From assembly GCF_001194135.2 (NCBI RefSeq), contig NC_068983.1:107905490-107969489 (forward strand): DNA of 64,000 nt, written 5' to 3'. Source of the DNA: Octopus bimaculoides. Lineage: Eukaryota. The notes beneath the pieces are model-generated. The model saw nothing but the letters and a program-made list of their open reading frames with translations, made no database searches and was not told the DNA's origin. Shown one piece after another: positions 13,758 through 25,550 of the stretch (position 1 is the first letter of the stretch; each line of letters begins with the position of its first letter). The translations under genes were made by a program, and so were the position numbers.

Positions 13758-16700
13758 CTTAAAAAAAAAAGAATATATATTCAGTTAAAAGTGATAAAAC
13801 TAAAACATCTGTACTCATCGGTTGATTAAGACAGAAAAGCTGTTTTCAGTTTAATGGCGTTGTTTTGATGTCAAAAATCATTTCTGATTAAGTAGTGTTC
13901 TTATCTACTGATAAATGATAAATAGAAATATAGATATACAGATATCATTCTTCAAATTATTATTTTGAAGTGATAAATTGTTTGAAATAATTTCACCAAC
14001 AATCAATAAAGTGTAACTTTCTAGAAACATTTTATGAATGAGAATAAATTTATTTGATAAATCATTTTTAATTCTGACTTAAACCTTCTTAATAAAAAAA
14101 ATTAGTCTTTTATATGACATTAAATGCCAACCTACAATTCAAATACTCTAAAGAAATTAATAGATGTCTTTTGATAAATGTTAAGTGAGCTAAAAACTAG
14201 TAGAGGTTGTTTAGTGAATGCAAAAGTTAAATTAAAATTTGAGAAACATGCAATTTTGAATATATTTACTTAAATAAATATTAATTATTTCAATTTATCT
14301 AGTTGCTTTTCTGGAGATGTTTATAATTAAAAAATTTTTTTCAAAGACATTATTTCTAAGAGAAAATAATATAGATATGATTCTAAGTCAGCTAATTTAA
14401 GGGAAAAAGAATCCACAAACTTAACAGAATCTTTAATTATTAAACAATTAATTGGAATATCATAAATAGGAGGTTAAATGTCTGTTGTAAATGAAAGCTT
14501 TTCTGTAAAATGAACAAAGGAGTTGAAAACTGAAAACACTTTTGATGCAACTCTTTATAAGAACACAACAAAAGAATGACTAAATAAGGAATACAGACAT
14601 ATCTGACCTTCAGACAATAAATGTATACAGATGTATAAATAAACAGATATAGCATCTATTAGTTCTTATTATTTTTAAGCAAGTTTTGCTTTGTTTTCAA
14701 TCACATTACATATTCTTTACAGACTATAGAGGTGAGTTAAAGATAGTCTCATTAGAAGTATAAAAATGTAAGAGTGCTCAATGTACATCTGTAGCAGAAA
14801 CAAATACAGTTAGAATATATCTTTATATATGTATGGTAAGCGGATATGTTAATCTAGATCTGTGTTTGACACAGCTGATCTTGTATAGTCATTGACTATA
14901 TACTGTAGTATAGTATATGAAGAAAGTTTGTGAATAAAATATTTTGTTCACAAGTAGTGTGGATGGGCAAAGCTTATGTTTAAAGAACAGACTGTATAAA
15001 ATCTAAGAAAGAAGAAAGATATCTATTTGTCAGTCTATCAATCTATAAAGTATTTGTAACTTCTACTGAGATATGCATCCATGGTTGGATTCACCTAGGC
15101 TCAATGAGAAACAAAGTTCTGCATATTTTTAGGTACTATCTTTCATTATTTTTCTTAGCTGCAAAAAGGCAAAATAGAGATCTTAAAGTATATGAAAAAT
15201 ACTGTGTGATGAGCAGTTTAGTTTTAATTGTTGTGCAATATCTAAGAGAGAAATTTCATTTAGAAGGATATCCTGCAGAAATCAAGTACTTGGGAAGAGA
15301 AAGGCTAAGTATATACGATGGTATTTACAGAGTGAAACAGGGGACAGGGAAAAGCATGATGGGGAGCTGATGGCAAAAAATAATTTAGGCTTCTGTATCT
15401 TTAAATGTTATGTTGGAAACTAATTTAGGAATGTGTTGCAAGTTTAAGATATCTGAAGGTTGCATATAGGTATTGATTATTACTGGAAAGAGATAGGGTG
15501 GTGGCTAGCATCAGCTGAAGTGGCTGAAAGGTTGGTATGATTAAAGAAATGGTCATTAGAGTAAAAAGAGAATATTAGTGAGAGGTTGGTGAGAGCTTTG
15601 CTTAAATATACATTGTACTGAGAAAGATGTTAATCATATGATTAAGTTAAAGTATACTCTGTAGGCTGAATGTTCAGCTACAATATTTTCATGTTAGACT
15701 TAACTGAACACTTTGGTGCTGTCAAATTGATAATTCTATTTTAGTTAAAATTCTTTAGAGCAAGGAGCAAGCAGATTATGTAGCATAGGAGAATAGAATC
15801 AGAAAATAGAGGAGAGAAAATATTAAAGAAAAGTGAAATCCTGAGGGGACTAACCTATCTTTACAGATCTGGGGTAATATTTTTTTGGGGGGAGGAAAAA
15901 TTATATAATCTGATAAAGATAAAAGCCAAATTGCAGCACATCATTTCAGGATGGTGGTTTGAATGCCAAGGGAACCAATAGTGCAGAAAGCAGTAGCACA
16001 GAAGCATACAATTATAATTGATTTCTCAAAATGTGTGTATTAAATAATCTAAGAAGCAGTTATTTTTTTCATATCTGAATTTTTTTTTCGATAGTTAAAT
16101 AGATTTGCTTTTCTTCAATGCTTTTACTTTTCATGCAAGAACTAACAAATTTGGTAAAACAATTGAGTAGTTTTACATTTTTTCCTAGACTGAATATTTA
16201 CAAAATAAAGAAATAAAATAATAATAATAAGTATGGCACATTTAGTATTTAAGAAGTTTTAAATCCTTTTTAACACCAAATATTTTGCCTGTAGTTTTCA
16301 ATAACAAAATTTCTCCTTAAAGTATCAGAACTCTCAGTTTTATAACTTCCGAATTGTTATGTTGAAAAGCAATCTTTAAATAAAACAAGTATAGAATATG
16401 GAAATTTCTTTTATAGGGAAATAATATTACTTAATGCAAATTATTGAGAAAAATTTACACTCTGTTTAAGAAAATCACAAACTGTTAAATATAATAAAAT
16501 TGATTAAATTTCAAAATTAAAGTAAATATATAAAAAGGAAATGGTTAAGAAATATAGTAATATCCCTCCCTAATCTCCAACTTGAATTTAATATAAAAGA
16601 AAAGGATTAATCATTGTGAGGCAGAAGTCAGCAGAAATTTAAGTTAATCATTTTATGGACATTCAGAGATTGCTGGAACAGTGTTTTATCCCTGTTAAGT

Positions 16701-16970
16701 GAATGAGAAACAAATATTTTCTTGGATAGGATGCCAAGCTATAGCAAATAATTGTTTCCACATAAGAAATTGAATTTAGAATAAGTTTTTATGTTTTAAT
16801 CAATTATAAAATGTTATAGAAACTGAAATATTCCAATACATGTCATACTTAGTTTTGAACTGTTAATAATATGAAAAGTATTCAGAAATACTTTTCTAAC
16901 AACCTGAATTTACTTTAGCTAATTCGAGTAGAAGGAAAAATAAGACAGTAAATAATAACAGTTAACCTAC

Positions 16971-17259
16971 CTACAGTAACTCTTTAAGATATTCCGAAAT
17001 GTCTGTTTCAGTTCGCTGTGTACAAAAACACTCTGCAAAAAATATTGATTGTCATCAGAATGGTCAATATCTACATATTCTGGGACCAAAAACACATCAG
17101 TTATACTAGCTTTTACTTGAAGCCCTGATTCTCTTTTCCAAATGAAATCCATGGCTTGTTGATTATTTGTAACATACATTGTGGTCTCTAGTTCCTTGAT
17201 ACTGTTTAAACGTTCCACAAATACATTTCCTGATGGCATCAGCTGTAAGCTGTTATTAT
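16971..17259 (-). CDS. Coding exon G (C-terminal region of unknown family)
   Basis: Acceptor tttcttctttacag|AT and donor AG|GTAGGT; 289 nt, phase 1 to 2. Translates (D)NNSLQLMPSGNVFVERLNSIKELETT...FRNILKSYC; the phase matches the next exon. Confidence 0.88.
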
Positions 17260-17775
17260 CTGTAAAGAAGAAATAGTAAGAAAACAATTCTTATAAAAGA
17301 ATTCAAACCTAAAAATAACTAACTTTTAAAATACTATTTAATTGGTTAAAATCATTAATAATTTAATGGTTGATAAAACATATGGCTTGTCATATTTTAT
17401 TCAGTTGACGTTGATTTAGTTTGTGCATAATTTTACTGATAGAAAACAACTTTTTAAAACACTCTCTGAAGGACAAGCAAAGAATGTGGCCTTAAATTTT
17501 CAAGGTACAAGTAAATTGACATCACCCTACAAAAATATTAGATGAACATAGTTATTTCCAGTTTAGTATCTCTAGTTAGTACTGCCTGGATAGACCAACA
17601 GCAAAGATGTAATTAATCAGACATTCATAAGCAATCCACATATTCAACATGCTGGACTTGTTAACACAGTGTTTGGGCTGTTAACATTCAAACTACATTA
17701 CACACTCATTCATGCAGAGTTTGAGGTTATGAATGTGCAGTGTAATCATTGCTGTTTCTTGTCAGTCCAGCTCTG

Positions 17776-17890
17776 TGTGGTGTGTGTGTGTGTATGTGAG
17801 AGAGAGAGAGTGTGTGTGTGTGTATTTGAGAGAGAGAGAGAGAGAGAGTGTGTGTGTGTATTTGAGAGAGAGAGAGTGTGTGTGTGTGTT
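17776..17890. repeat. Compound (GT)n/(GA)n microsatellite with higher-order repetition
   Basis: Three blocks of gtgtgtgtgta(t)tt/gagagagaga. Confidence 0.9.
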
Positions 17891-20204
17891 TGTAGATTTC
17901 AGTGAAGCAAGCAAATTGTGCTTTATGAATGTTAACTAATTCTTCAGAACTGAGAGTTAAACTATTGAAGTTGTTGCTACTTTGAGGATATTGTGTTTGT
18001 CTTGGTGTTGTAGCAGTAATTCATGAATTAAGACTATTCTGTCCTGGTGTTTGCAGGAATTATAAGTAGCAGCAGTTGTTGTAAATATTAAATTCCATAA
18101 CACTCCTTGTCTATTTAAGGGCTTCTTAATGTTTATGTATTTTATAGTAGATTTGGAAATATGGAAAACATGGCAACAAATAATTTGTTTGTATATAACC
18201 ATATTAAGCTTTGTCCTAGTCAGAGCAGACCTAATCAGTCATATGCTAGATTTCATGAGTACCATGCCACTGCTTAGGTTGAAGACCACAACGTATACTA
18301 AGACAAGCATTGGTCTATTGCACAGGGTGCAATATAGCAGTATAGATATGGTGCATACTTCAATTTATTCTTGTGTATCTGCAGGTTCTGTCAGTGGTCA
18401 CAGCAAAAGTACTAAACTGGGTCTTGGCAACAATATTATATTTACTATTCTTCCATACTAATCTATTGTGGTGGTCAGAAGTTAATGGAGCTTGTAGTTT
18501 ATTGTGGTTGTGATAAACACATCTGGAACTCAGGCAAAACTACTAAAATTAATGGTTTCAAATTTTGGCACAAGACCAGAATTTTCAGTGGAGGTGGTAA
18601 GTTGATTACAATGACCCTGGTGCTCATACAAAATTACTAAAAATTAATGATGGACTAAATGATATGCCAGTGGAAATATGCTACTGTTTAATCTAATGCT
18701 TATTTTGTTTATTCTGTATTCTGTGTTAATGATATTGAAACATTGTATAATATATCTACAATTTAACTCTCTTACATCTTATGGTTTTTGACATTGATGA
18801 ATAGATGTTCCTGATGGATTTGTTGGGTATAACTTTGTCTGTTTTTATGTAACTGCATGGACAACTTGGTTAGATGGACATGGGGGAGACATGATTGAAG
18901 TGGTATCATTGTGAGAATATATATGCATACTGTGTGGTAGTGACAGTATGTCACTTATCAGCTATGTAAAATTTAGGAAGATGGGTGATAAGACAGAGTT
19001 TTCTGAGACTGTTGACTTTATAAACCAGATATAAATAACATGATTCTTTCAAGTATCTTACAGAAGATATGAAAACTATAAATACTGTTTTTATATTATA
19101 CTTTTGTTTATTAGAAGACAAATTAAATGTAATGTTGATTCTGTAGGTTATCAATCCCAGTTTGTGAAACTTTTTAAACAGCTTGAAAGAATTGTATCTC
19201 TGATGGAATAATTGTCTTGTATCTAGGTACAAGGCTAGTAATTTTAGTGGGAGGAGTCAAATGATTAAATTGACACTAATTCTTGATTGGCACTTTATTT
19301 TATTGACTTTGTAAAGATGAAAGGTAAAGTTAACCGCAGCAAGATTTGAACTCAGAATGTAAAGAACTGGAACAAATACTGCATGGCTTTTTCTATGATG
19401 CTCTAATGATTCTATTGTTTGTTGAAGTTAATTTACTTAGTAGTTGCTAAATAGTGTAACAAATTTGCTTTCCAGTCTATGGAGCAATGAAGATAGATAG
19501 TCTGGCATCACAAATTGTTCAATTTTACTGATAGTTTGCTGTTTTCCTTTGCACATTTTTTTTAAAATGACCTTAGTCAAAGTATGGTTGACAAATGTTT
19601 TCCCATATCACTTTACTAATGCAATACCTTTATTTATTCACAGAAACAGGTTAATTATCATATGACTTCTTTTTTTTAATCAAGCAAAATTGAAATGTTA
19701 GAAATTTAAAATAAATCATATTAAAAAATGACATAAAACATACCTGCAACTTTTGAACAGGTTTTACCATCATATCTAATTTGATGTGTAGGGAAAGTGA
19801 CATCTGAAATACCAAGGGAAAAAAATAATTAAATCTGCATATTCAACAAAGAATGAATATTTCATTCAAATATTCTTAAATATTCAAACACCAATGTAAA
19901 ACAGAAGAATTAAACATTGTTTTGTTTCTGTTTCTAAATGAAGTGTTACTTTACATATTGCTCAGATAGGTACACAGTTAAACGTTCGTGGTCAGAGTCC
20001 GAGCCTATAGTGTTATTGCTCAATCTTTCCCCCAAATAAATTCTAGATCAACTGAACTCAGAAAAAGACAATAAACTAAGTAATGTATTGCAGACAATAA
20101 AACAAGCTGTTTTGTATAGTCATTTGTGGATAGTATAAGCAAACTAGTTGACTTCTTTTTCATCATTATTATGACTGTTGTCACTGCTATATTATGAAAT
20201 GAAG

Positions 20205-20410
20205 AATGGTTTCAAATTTTGGTACAAGGCCAGCAATTTCAGGGTGGGGATATATCAATAACATTGCCCCCAGTGTCCAACTGATACTTTATCCAAAAGG
20301 ATAAAATGCAAGGTCAACCTCAGTGGAATTTGAACTCAGAGTATAAAGATAGATGACATGCCACCAAGCATTTTGCCTGGCATGCTAATTATTCTGCCAG
20401 CTCACTGCCC
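20205..20410 (-). mobile_element. Nin/Deu-core-like SINE copy
   Basis: aaggataaaatgcaaggtcaacctcagtggaatttgaactcaga...gcatgctaattattctgccagctc. Further decayed copies at about 1185-1340, 18550-18640, 19210-19420, 45355-45490, 46610-46830 and 58135-58200. Confidence 0.7.
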
Positions 20411-21186
20411 TCAGAAAGGAAGAATGATGCAATGAACTACCAATAGATTGACAAAACATCAACAATTAAATTACGAAGACACCAAAATTATTAACAACTA
20501 TAAAAGAACTCATCTGTGGCCCTTAGAATCTTATATTTCTTGAAGTCATTTCCAGTATTGCTTATGTACAGTCTTCGTATTAATTACAATGAAATTTCAG
20601 ATCCTGTTGTGTCATCACTGACATACAATATACACATCATTGTATTTTCCCATGATGATAAATATTATGCTAAACAATTTTTCCCTTGAAGTGTTAAGCA
20701 ACACGCAAAACAAAAATCAATATAAAGAATATAGAAAATGCAAACATTTCATGTTTTTAGTAGTTGTTGTTGTCATTAAGCCCTAGAGAAAAACTGATAG
20801 GAAAATAAATAAAAGCTGTTTAAGTTTGTTCTAGATTGAGGAGACCACTAGCAAAGACTTTCCAGTCATGACCACTGTGACTTCTTTTCAGAAATAGTGT
20901 ATTTAGAATAGCATTATTTAATATACTCCTTTTTTTAAGGTGGTAAGGTGAGATTTAAGGGCAATTTAGTTGCTATTTCTAGCAGGTCAAGTGACCGCAT
21001 ACAGATTTCCTTGCTGGCTTATTTTAAGTTTCCAATGTAAGCAGCAATTTTTAAGCTAAGCTGAAAAAAAAAACAAAAAAAAAAACAACAATTAATAAAT
21101 CAAGTGAAGTCCTAAAGAAATGTAGAATTAAGTTTTTCCAAACTGATTTAATATTTGCCTAAATTTGAAAAAGCGAATTAACTTAC

Positions 21187-21258
21187 CAATACATTTTCTA
21201 TTTTGGGCAGCTCGACAAGGTGTGATTTCATACTCTGTCCCCTTACATACATCACAAG
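21187..21258 (-). CDS. Coding exon F: TNFR-like cysteine-rich module, part 2
   Basis: Acceptor tgtttttttcag|CT and donor TTG|GTAAGT; 72 nt, phase 1-1. Translates (A)CDVCKGTEYEITPCRAAQNRKCI. Confidence 0.9.
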
Positions 21259-21714
21259 CTGAAAAAAACAAATAAACAAACAAAAATTTAAATAACAAAT
21301 TATTATCATTAATGTTGGGCTGGATAAGCATACACGTGAATTTGTATAAGCTTGATCTTACTAAATGTAATGATGACATTTATATGTATGTAGAATGCAT
21401 ATTTCAGAGTTAGAGTATATACAATACCAAACTGACAGCTATGCAGCCAGCATTAATTGCACATTTAATTTAACCCCTCCACCGTAACTTCAAAAAGCGA
21501 AATGATATTACAGTCAAGCCACTGTACATTGTTAGTAATAGAATAAATAGATTGCAGCTAAAAGTTTCATACTAGGATCTTGATTCCAGACGGTGACTTA
21601 GGAAATGGAAAGAATTTTACTCTACATTATATGTGATAAAGTATTATGTTTTTAAATAAATAACTGAGTAACATAACTTGATCACAACAATCACAATTTA
21701 TTGTATATATATAT

Positions 21715-22066
21715 ATATATAAATTTAGTAAATGGAGTAAAACGCATATGTTAAATGAATTCTTTTAATTCCAACATATGTTTCGAAGATTACAAATTAT
21801 ACCTTCCATAGGAATAGGTGATGTTGATAAGGATGTAATCTTCTCTTCAGGGAAATCCATGGGAACCAGCTTAACCGTAAGACATTTTAACCAAATATGA
21901 TAACGGTTAAGCTGGTTCCCATGCATTTCCCTGAAGAGAAGATTACATCCTTATCAACATCACCTATTCCTATGGAAGGTATAATTTGTAATCTTCGAAA
22001 CATATGTTGGAAAGAAAAGAATTCATTTAGCATATGCGTTTTACTCCATTTACTAAATTTATATAT
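21715..22066. repeat. Long foldback inverted repeat (164-bp arms, 24-bp spacer)
   Basis: 21715-21878 is the reverse complement of 21903-22066, with 4 mismatches by base-by-base comparison. Confidence 0.95.
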
Positions 22067-22220
22067 TTATGCAAGTACCCAAAATAACAAGGAGTTTCTA
22101 CCTCATAAACAGGAGTTACACCACAGTCATTTTGTGATCTTTGCTAACCTGGTATCTATTAACCAATTTATTTTGTCCGAGTTAATTATTAACTTAGAGA
22201 AAATAAATACATATAATAAA

Positions 22221-22253
<33 letters not shown>

Positions 22254-22255
22254 TA

Positions 22256-22746
22256 AAAAAGTTTTATAATTATAAGCATAATTATAATTAGGGTTTAGCA
22301 AAATTGCTTCAACACATATCAAAATTTAGAAATAGCAGTTAAATACTATTCCACTACCATAATATATCTCCCAGACAGCAAAACTCCCAATTCACGCAAG
22401 CAAAGAGAAAAAATAACGAATCCACTCGGCTTTGATTAACTATATATGCTTTTTTGGATTAAAGAGATGTAAAACACATTACTCACTTATTTCCATCTTC
22501 AGTATTGTATTTCAATTATAAATCTGAGAGTGCTAATAATTAAGATATGTATTCAATCAAGCGCCATCGAACAGCTAATATCCAAAAACCAGCACTTCTG
22601 AATTCATGTGAGTTGGGAGTATTGCTGTCTGGGAGATATACTATGGTAGTGGAGTGATATTTAACTGCTATTTCTAAATTTCGGTATGTGGTGAAGCAAT
22701 TTTGCTGAACCCTAATTATAATTATGCGTATAATTATAAAATTTTT
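22256..22746. mobile_element. MITE-like element with about 140-bp terminal inverted repeats
   Basis: 22256-22395 and 22608-22746 are inverted copies (ataattataagcataattataattagggtt...ctcccagacagca). Related sequence occurs at about 34015-34110. Confidence 0.75.
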
Positions 22747-22840
22747 GTATAAGTTTACTGATAATGGTTCTTTTAACATACCGAACTACTTGGTGAAATT
22801 ATTAGTTGTTAATTATTAATTTCACCCAATATCGGTATAT

Positions 22841-23046
22841 ATCATCATCATCGTTTAACGTCTGCTTTCCATGCTAGCATGGGTTGAACGATTTGACTGA
22901 GGACTGGTGAAACCGGATGGCAACACGAGGCTCCAATCTAATTTGGCAGAGTTTCTACAGCTGGATGCCCTTCCTAACGCCAACCTCTCAGAGAGTATAG
23001 TGGGTGCTTTTACGTTTCACCCGCACGAAGGCCAGTCAGGCGGTAC
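22841..23046 (-). mobile_element. 3' end of RTE-tail-type retroposon running into an assembly gap
   Basis: (atc)n tail plus tttccatgctagcatgggtt...ctacagctggatgcccttcctaacgccaacc; nearly the reverse complement of 39915-40095. Confidence 0.8.
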
Positions 23047-23492
23047 NNNNNNNNNNNNNNNNNNNNNNNNNNNNNNNNNNNNNNNNNNNNNNNNNNNNNN
23101 NNNNNNNNNNNNNNNNNNNNNNNNNNNNNNNNNNNNNNNNNNNNNNNNNNNNNNNNNNNNNNNNNNNNNNNNNNNNNNNNNNNNNNNNNNNNNNNNNNNN
23201 NNNNNNNNNNNNNNNNNNNNNNNNNNNNNNNNNNNNNNNNNNNNNNNNNNNNNNNNNNNNNNNNNNNNNNNNNNNNNNNNNNNNNNNNNNNNNNNNNNNN
23301 NNNNNNNNNNNNNNNNNNNNNNNNNNNNNNNNNNNNNNNNNNNNNNNNNNNNNNNNNNNNNNNNNNNNNNNNNNNNNNNNNNNNNNNNNNNNNNNNNNNN
23401 NNNNNNNNNNNNNNNNNNNNNNNNNNNNNNNNNNNNNNNNNNNNNNNNNNNNNNNNNNNNNNNNNNNNNNNNNNNNNNNNNNNNNNNNNNNN

Positions 23493-23992
23493 GCTCATCT
23501 CGCTCGAGAAACCTCATGTGTCACCCACACAATAGCCAGTCCAGGGGCACCAGCAACGATCTCGCTCAAAACTCCTGCAACAACCCCACACAAGAGCCAG
23601 TTCAGGGGCACCGGCAACGATCTCGCTCAAAGAAATTTCATGTGTCACCAGCACAAGAGCCAGTCCAGGGGCACTGGCAACGATCTCGCTCGAAAAACCT
23701 CATGTGTCGCCCGCACAAGAGCCAGCCCAGGGGCACCGGCAACGATCCCGCTCGGAAAGATTTCATGTGTCGCCTTCACATGAGCCAATCCAGGGGCACT
23801 GGCAATGATCCCGCTCAAAAGATTTCATGTGTCACCTGCACATGAGCCAGTCCAGGGGCACTGGCAACGATCCCGTCCCGCTCAAAACATTTCATGTGTC
23901 ACCCGCACAAGAGCCAGTCCAGGGGCACTGGCAACGATCTCGCTCGAAAAACCTCATGTGTCACCCGCACAGGAGCCAGCCCAGGGGCACCG
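23493..23992. repeat. GC-rich ~60-bp minisatellite, about 8 copies visible
   Basis: Unit approx. ccagtccaggggcactggcaacgatctcgctcgaaaaacctcatgtgtcacccgcacaagag repeated head-to-tail; the left side is lost in the N-gap. Confidence 0.9.
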
Positions 23993-24335
23993 TATATATA
24001 TATATATAGACTCTAGAGTCTGAATTATTGATTGGGAATATGTGGCATGCTATACAAGCTTGTCTGAGTTTCATATTTTCAGAATCAGGAAAATGATGCA
24101 TACACACACACACATATGCATGCATCTACATATCTGTCTGTCTGTCTATCCACACACATGATAGATATATGATAAGCTTTATTTGGTTTCTATCTATGAA
24201 ATCCACTTACAAGATTGGTCTCACAAAGAACAATAGCAGAAAAATAGCGCAACATAATACAGTATGTGACTGAACCAAAAACAAATAGGTTGTAAAGCAA
24301 AATCTTAATTACGGTCATACCTACACACACACACA

Positions 24336-24765
24336 TTCTTTTATTCTTTTATTTGTTTCTGTCGTTTGACTGTGACTATGCTGGAGCACCACCTTAAGCA
24401 GTTTTAGTCAAACAAATTGACCCCAGGTCTTATTTTTTGTAAGTCTGGTACTTATTTTATTGGCCACTTTTGGTGAACCACTAAGTTTCGGGGATGTAAA
24501 CACACTAGTATCAGTTGTCAAGTGGTGGTGGTGGTGGGGACAAACACACAAATATATACATACACACACACACACATATATATATGTATATATATATATA
24601 GACATACATATATACATGATAGTTTCTATCAACCAAATCTATTTACAAGCCTTTGGTTGGCGTAGGCTATAGTAGAAAACACTTGCCCAAGGTGCCATGC
24701 AATGGGACTGAGCCTGGAACCACGTGGATGGGAAGCAAGCTTCTTATCACACAACCACACCTACA
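24336..24765 (-). mobile_element. Composite tRNA-derived SINE (head, internal microsatellite, CR1-like tail)
   Basis: Head (cttgcccaagg...gggaagcaagcttctta, reverse) at about 24620-24765, CA/TA tract, then body/tail (atgctggagcacc...gaccccagg) at 24336-24545. Confidence 0.75.
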
Positions 24766-24832
24766 CATATATTATATCCACATGTATACATGTATACAGA
24801 CATATGCATACATAAACATATATTCAGACACA

Positions 24833-24835
<3 letters not shown>

Positions 24836-24909
<74 letters not shown>

Positions 24910-24920
24910 GTATATATATT
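24836..24920. repeat. Long (TA)n microsatellite (one of many)
   Basis: Near-pure TA run. Comparable tracts at about 27070-27125 (TA/TG), 28180-28230, 28650-28690, 34155-34270 and 43505-43561. Confidence 0.95.
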
Positions 24921-25183
24921 ATAAAATAACAAGAAAGGACATTCGATGCATAAGGTATCTATTGATTACATGTATATTACATTATAATCTGTAGGCATCC
25001 ACTCATTATCAGGAATGCGATTGTATGCTGGATGCTAATGACCACTATCTAAATAATCCTTATAAACTAATGCACACACATGTGTGTGTGTGCATGTATG
25101 TTATTATATATCTATGTGTGTATATAAGTAATTTTTAACAAGAAAAGTGGAATGAGAAAATTGAATTATTACATTCATTTACA

Positions 25184-25550
25184 GGTACCGGCATGGCTGC
25201 ATGGTAAGAAGCTTGCTTCTTACCCACATGATTCCAGGTTCAGTCCCATTGCCTGGGCAAGTGTCTTCAACTATAGCTTCATGCCAACCAAAGCCTTGTG
25301 AGTGAAAGAAGCTTGTCGTATATATATATAACTATATACATATATATTTATGTGTGCGTCTTTGTCCCCCCACCATTGCTTGACAACCGATGTAGGTATG
25401 TTTACATCCCTGCATCTTAGCAGTTCAGCAAAAGAGACTGATGGATTAAGTACCAGGCTTACAAAGAATAAGTCCTGGGGTCGATTTCTTCGACTGAAAG
25501 GTGGTGCTCCAGCATGACCACAGTCAATCGACAAACAAATGAAAGAATAA
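25184..25550 (+). mobile_element. Composite tRNA-derived SINE, same family, opposite orientation
   Basis: ggtaagaagcttgctt...ggttcagtccc...gggcaagtgtcttc head, (TA)n, then ...gtcctggggtcgat...ggtgctccagcatgaccacagtc tail. Confidence 0.75.

Noticed and set aside
15104-15370. 88-aa plus-strand ORF
   Set aside because: No recognisable motifs or exon boundaries; likely an old retroelement remnant or a chance ORF.
18129-18461. 110-aa plus-strand ORF
   Set aside because: No motif on plus. The minus strand has only faint CR1-like similarity (LLYCTL..RPML), too weak to call.
23493-23992. Regularly spaced repeats suggesting a CRISPR array
   Set aside because: Units are head-to-tail with no unique spacers, the context is a eukaryotic intron, and there are no cas genes; it is a minisatellite.
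24653-24994. ORFs rich in IYIY/THTH/CVCV (also 33749-34605 and 34751-34951)
   Set aside because: Translations of dinucleotide microsatellites and SINE heads.
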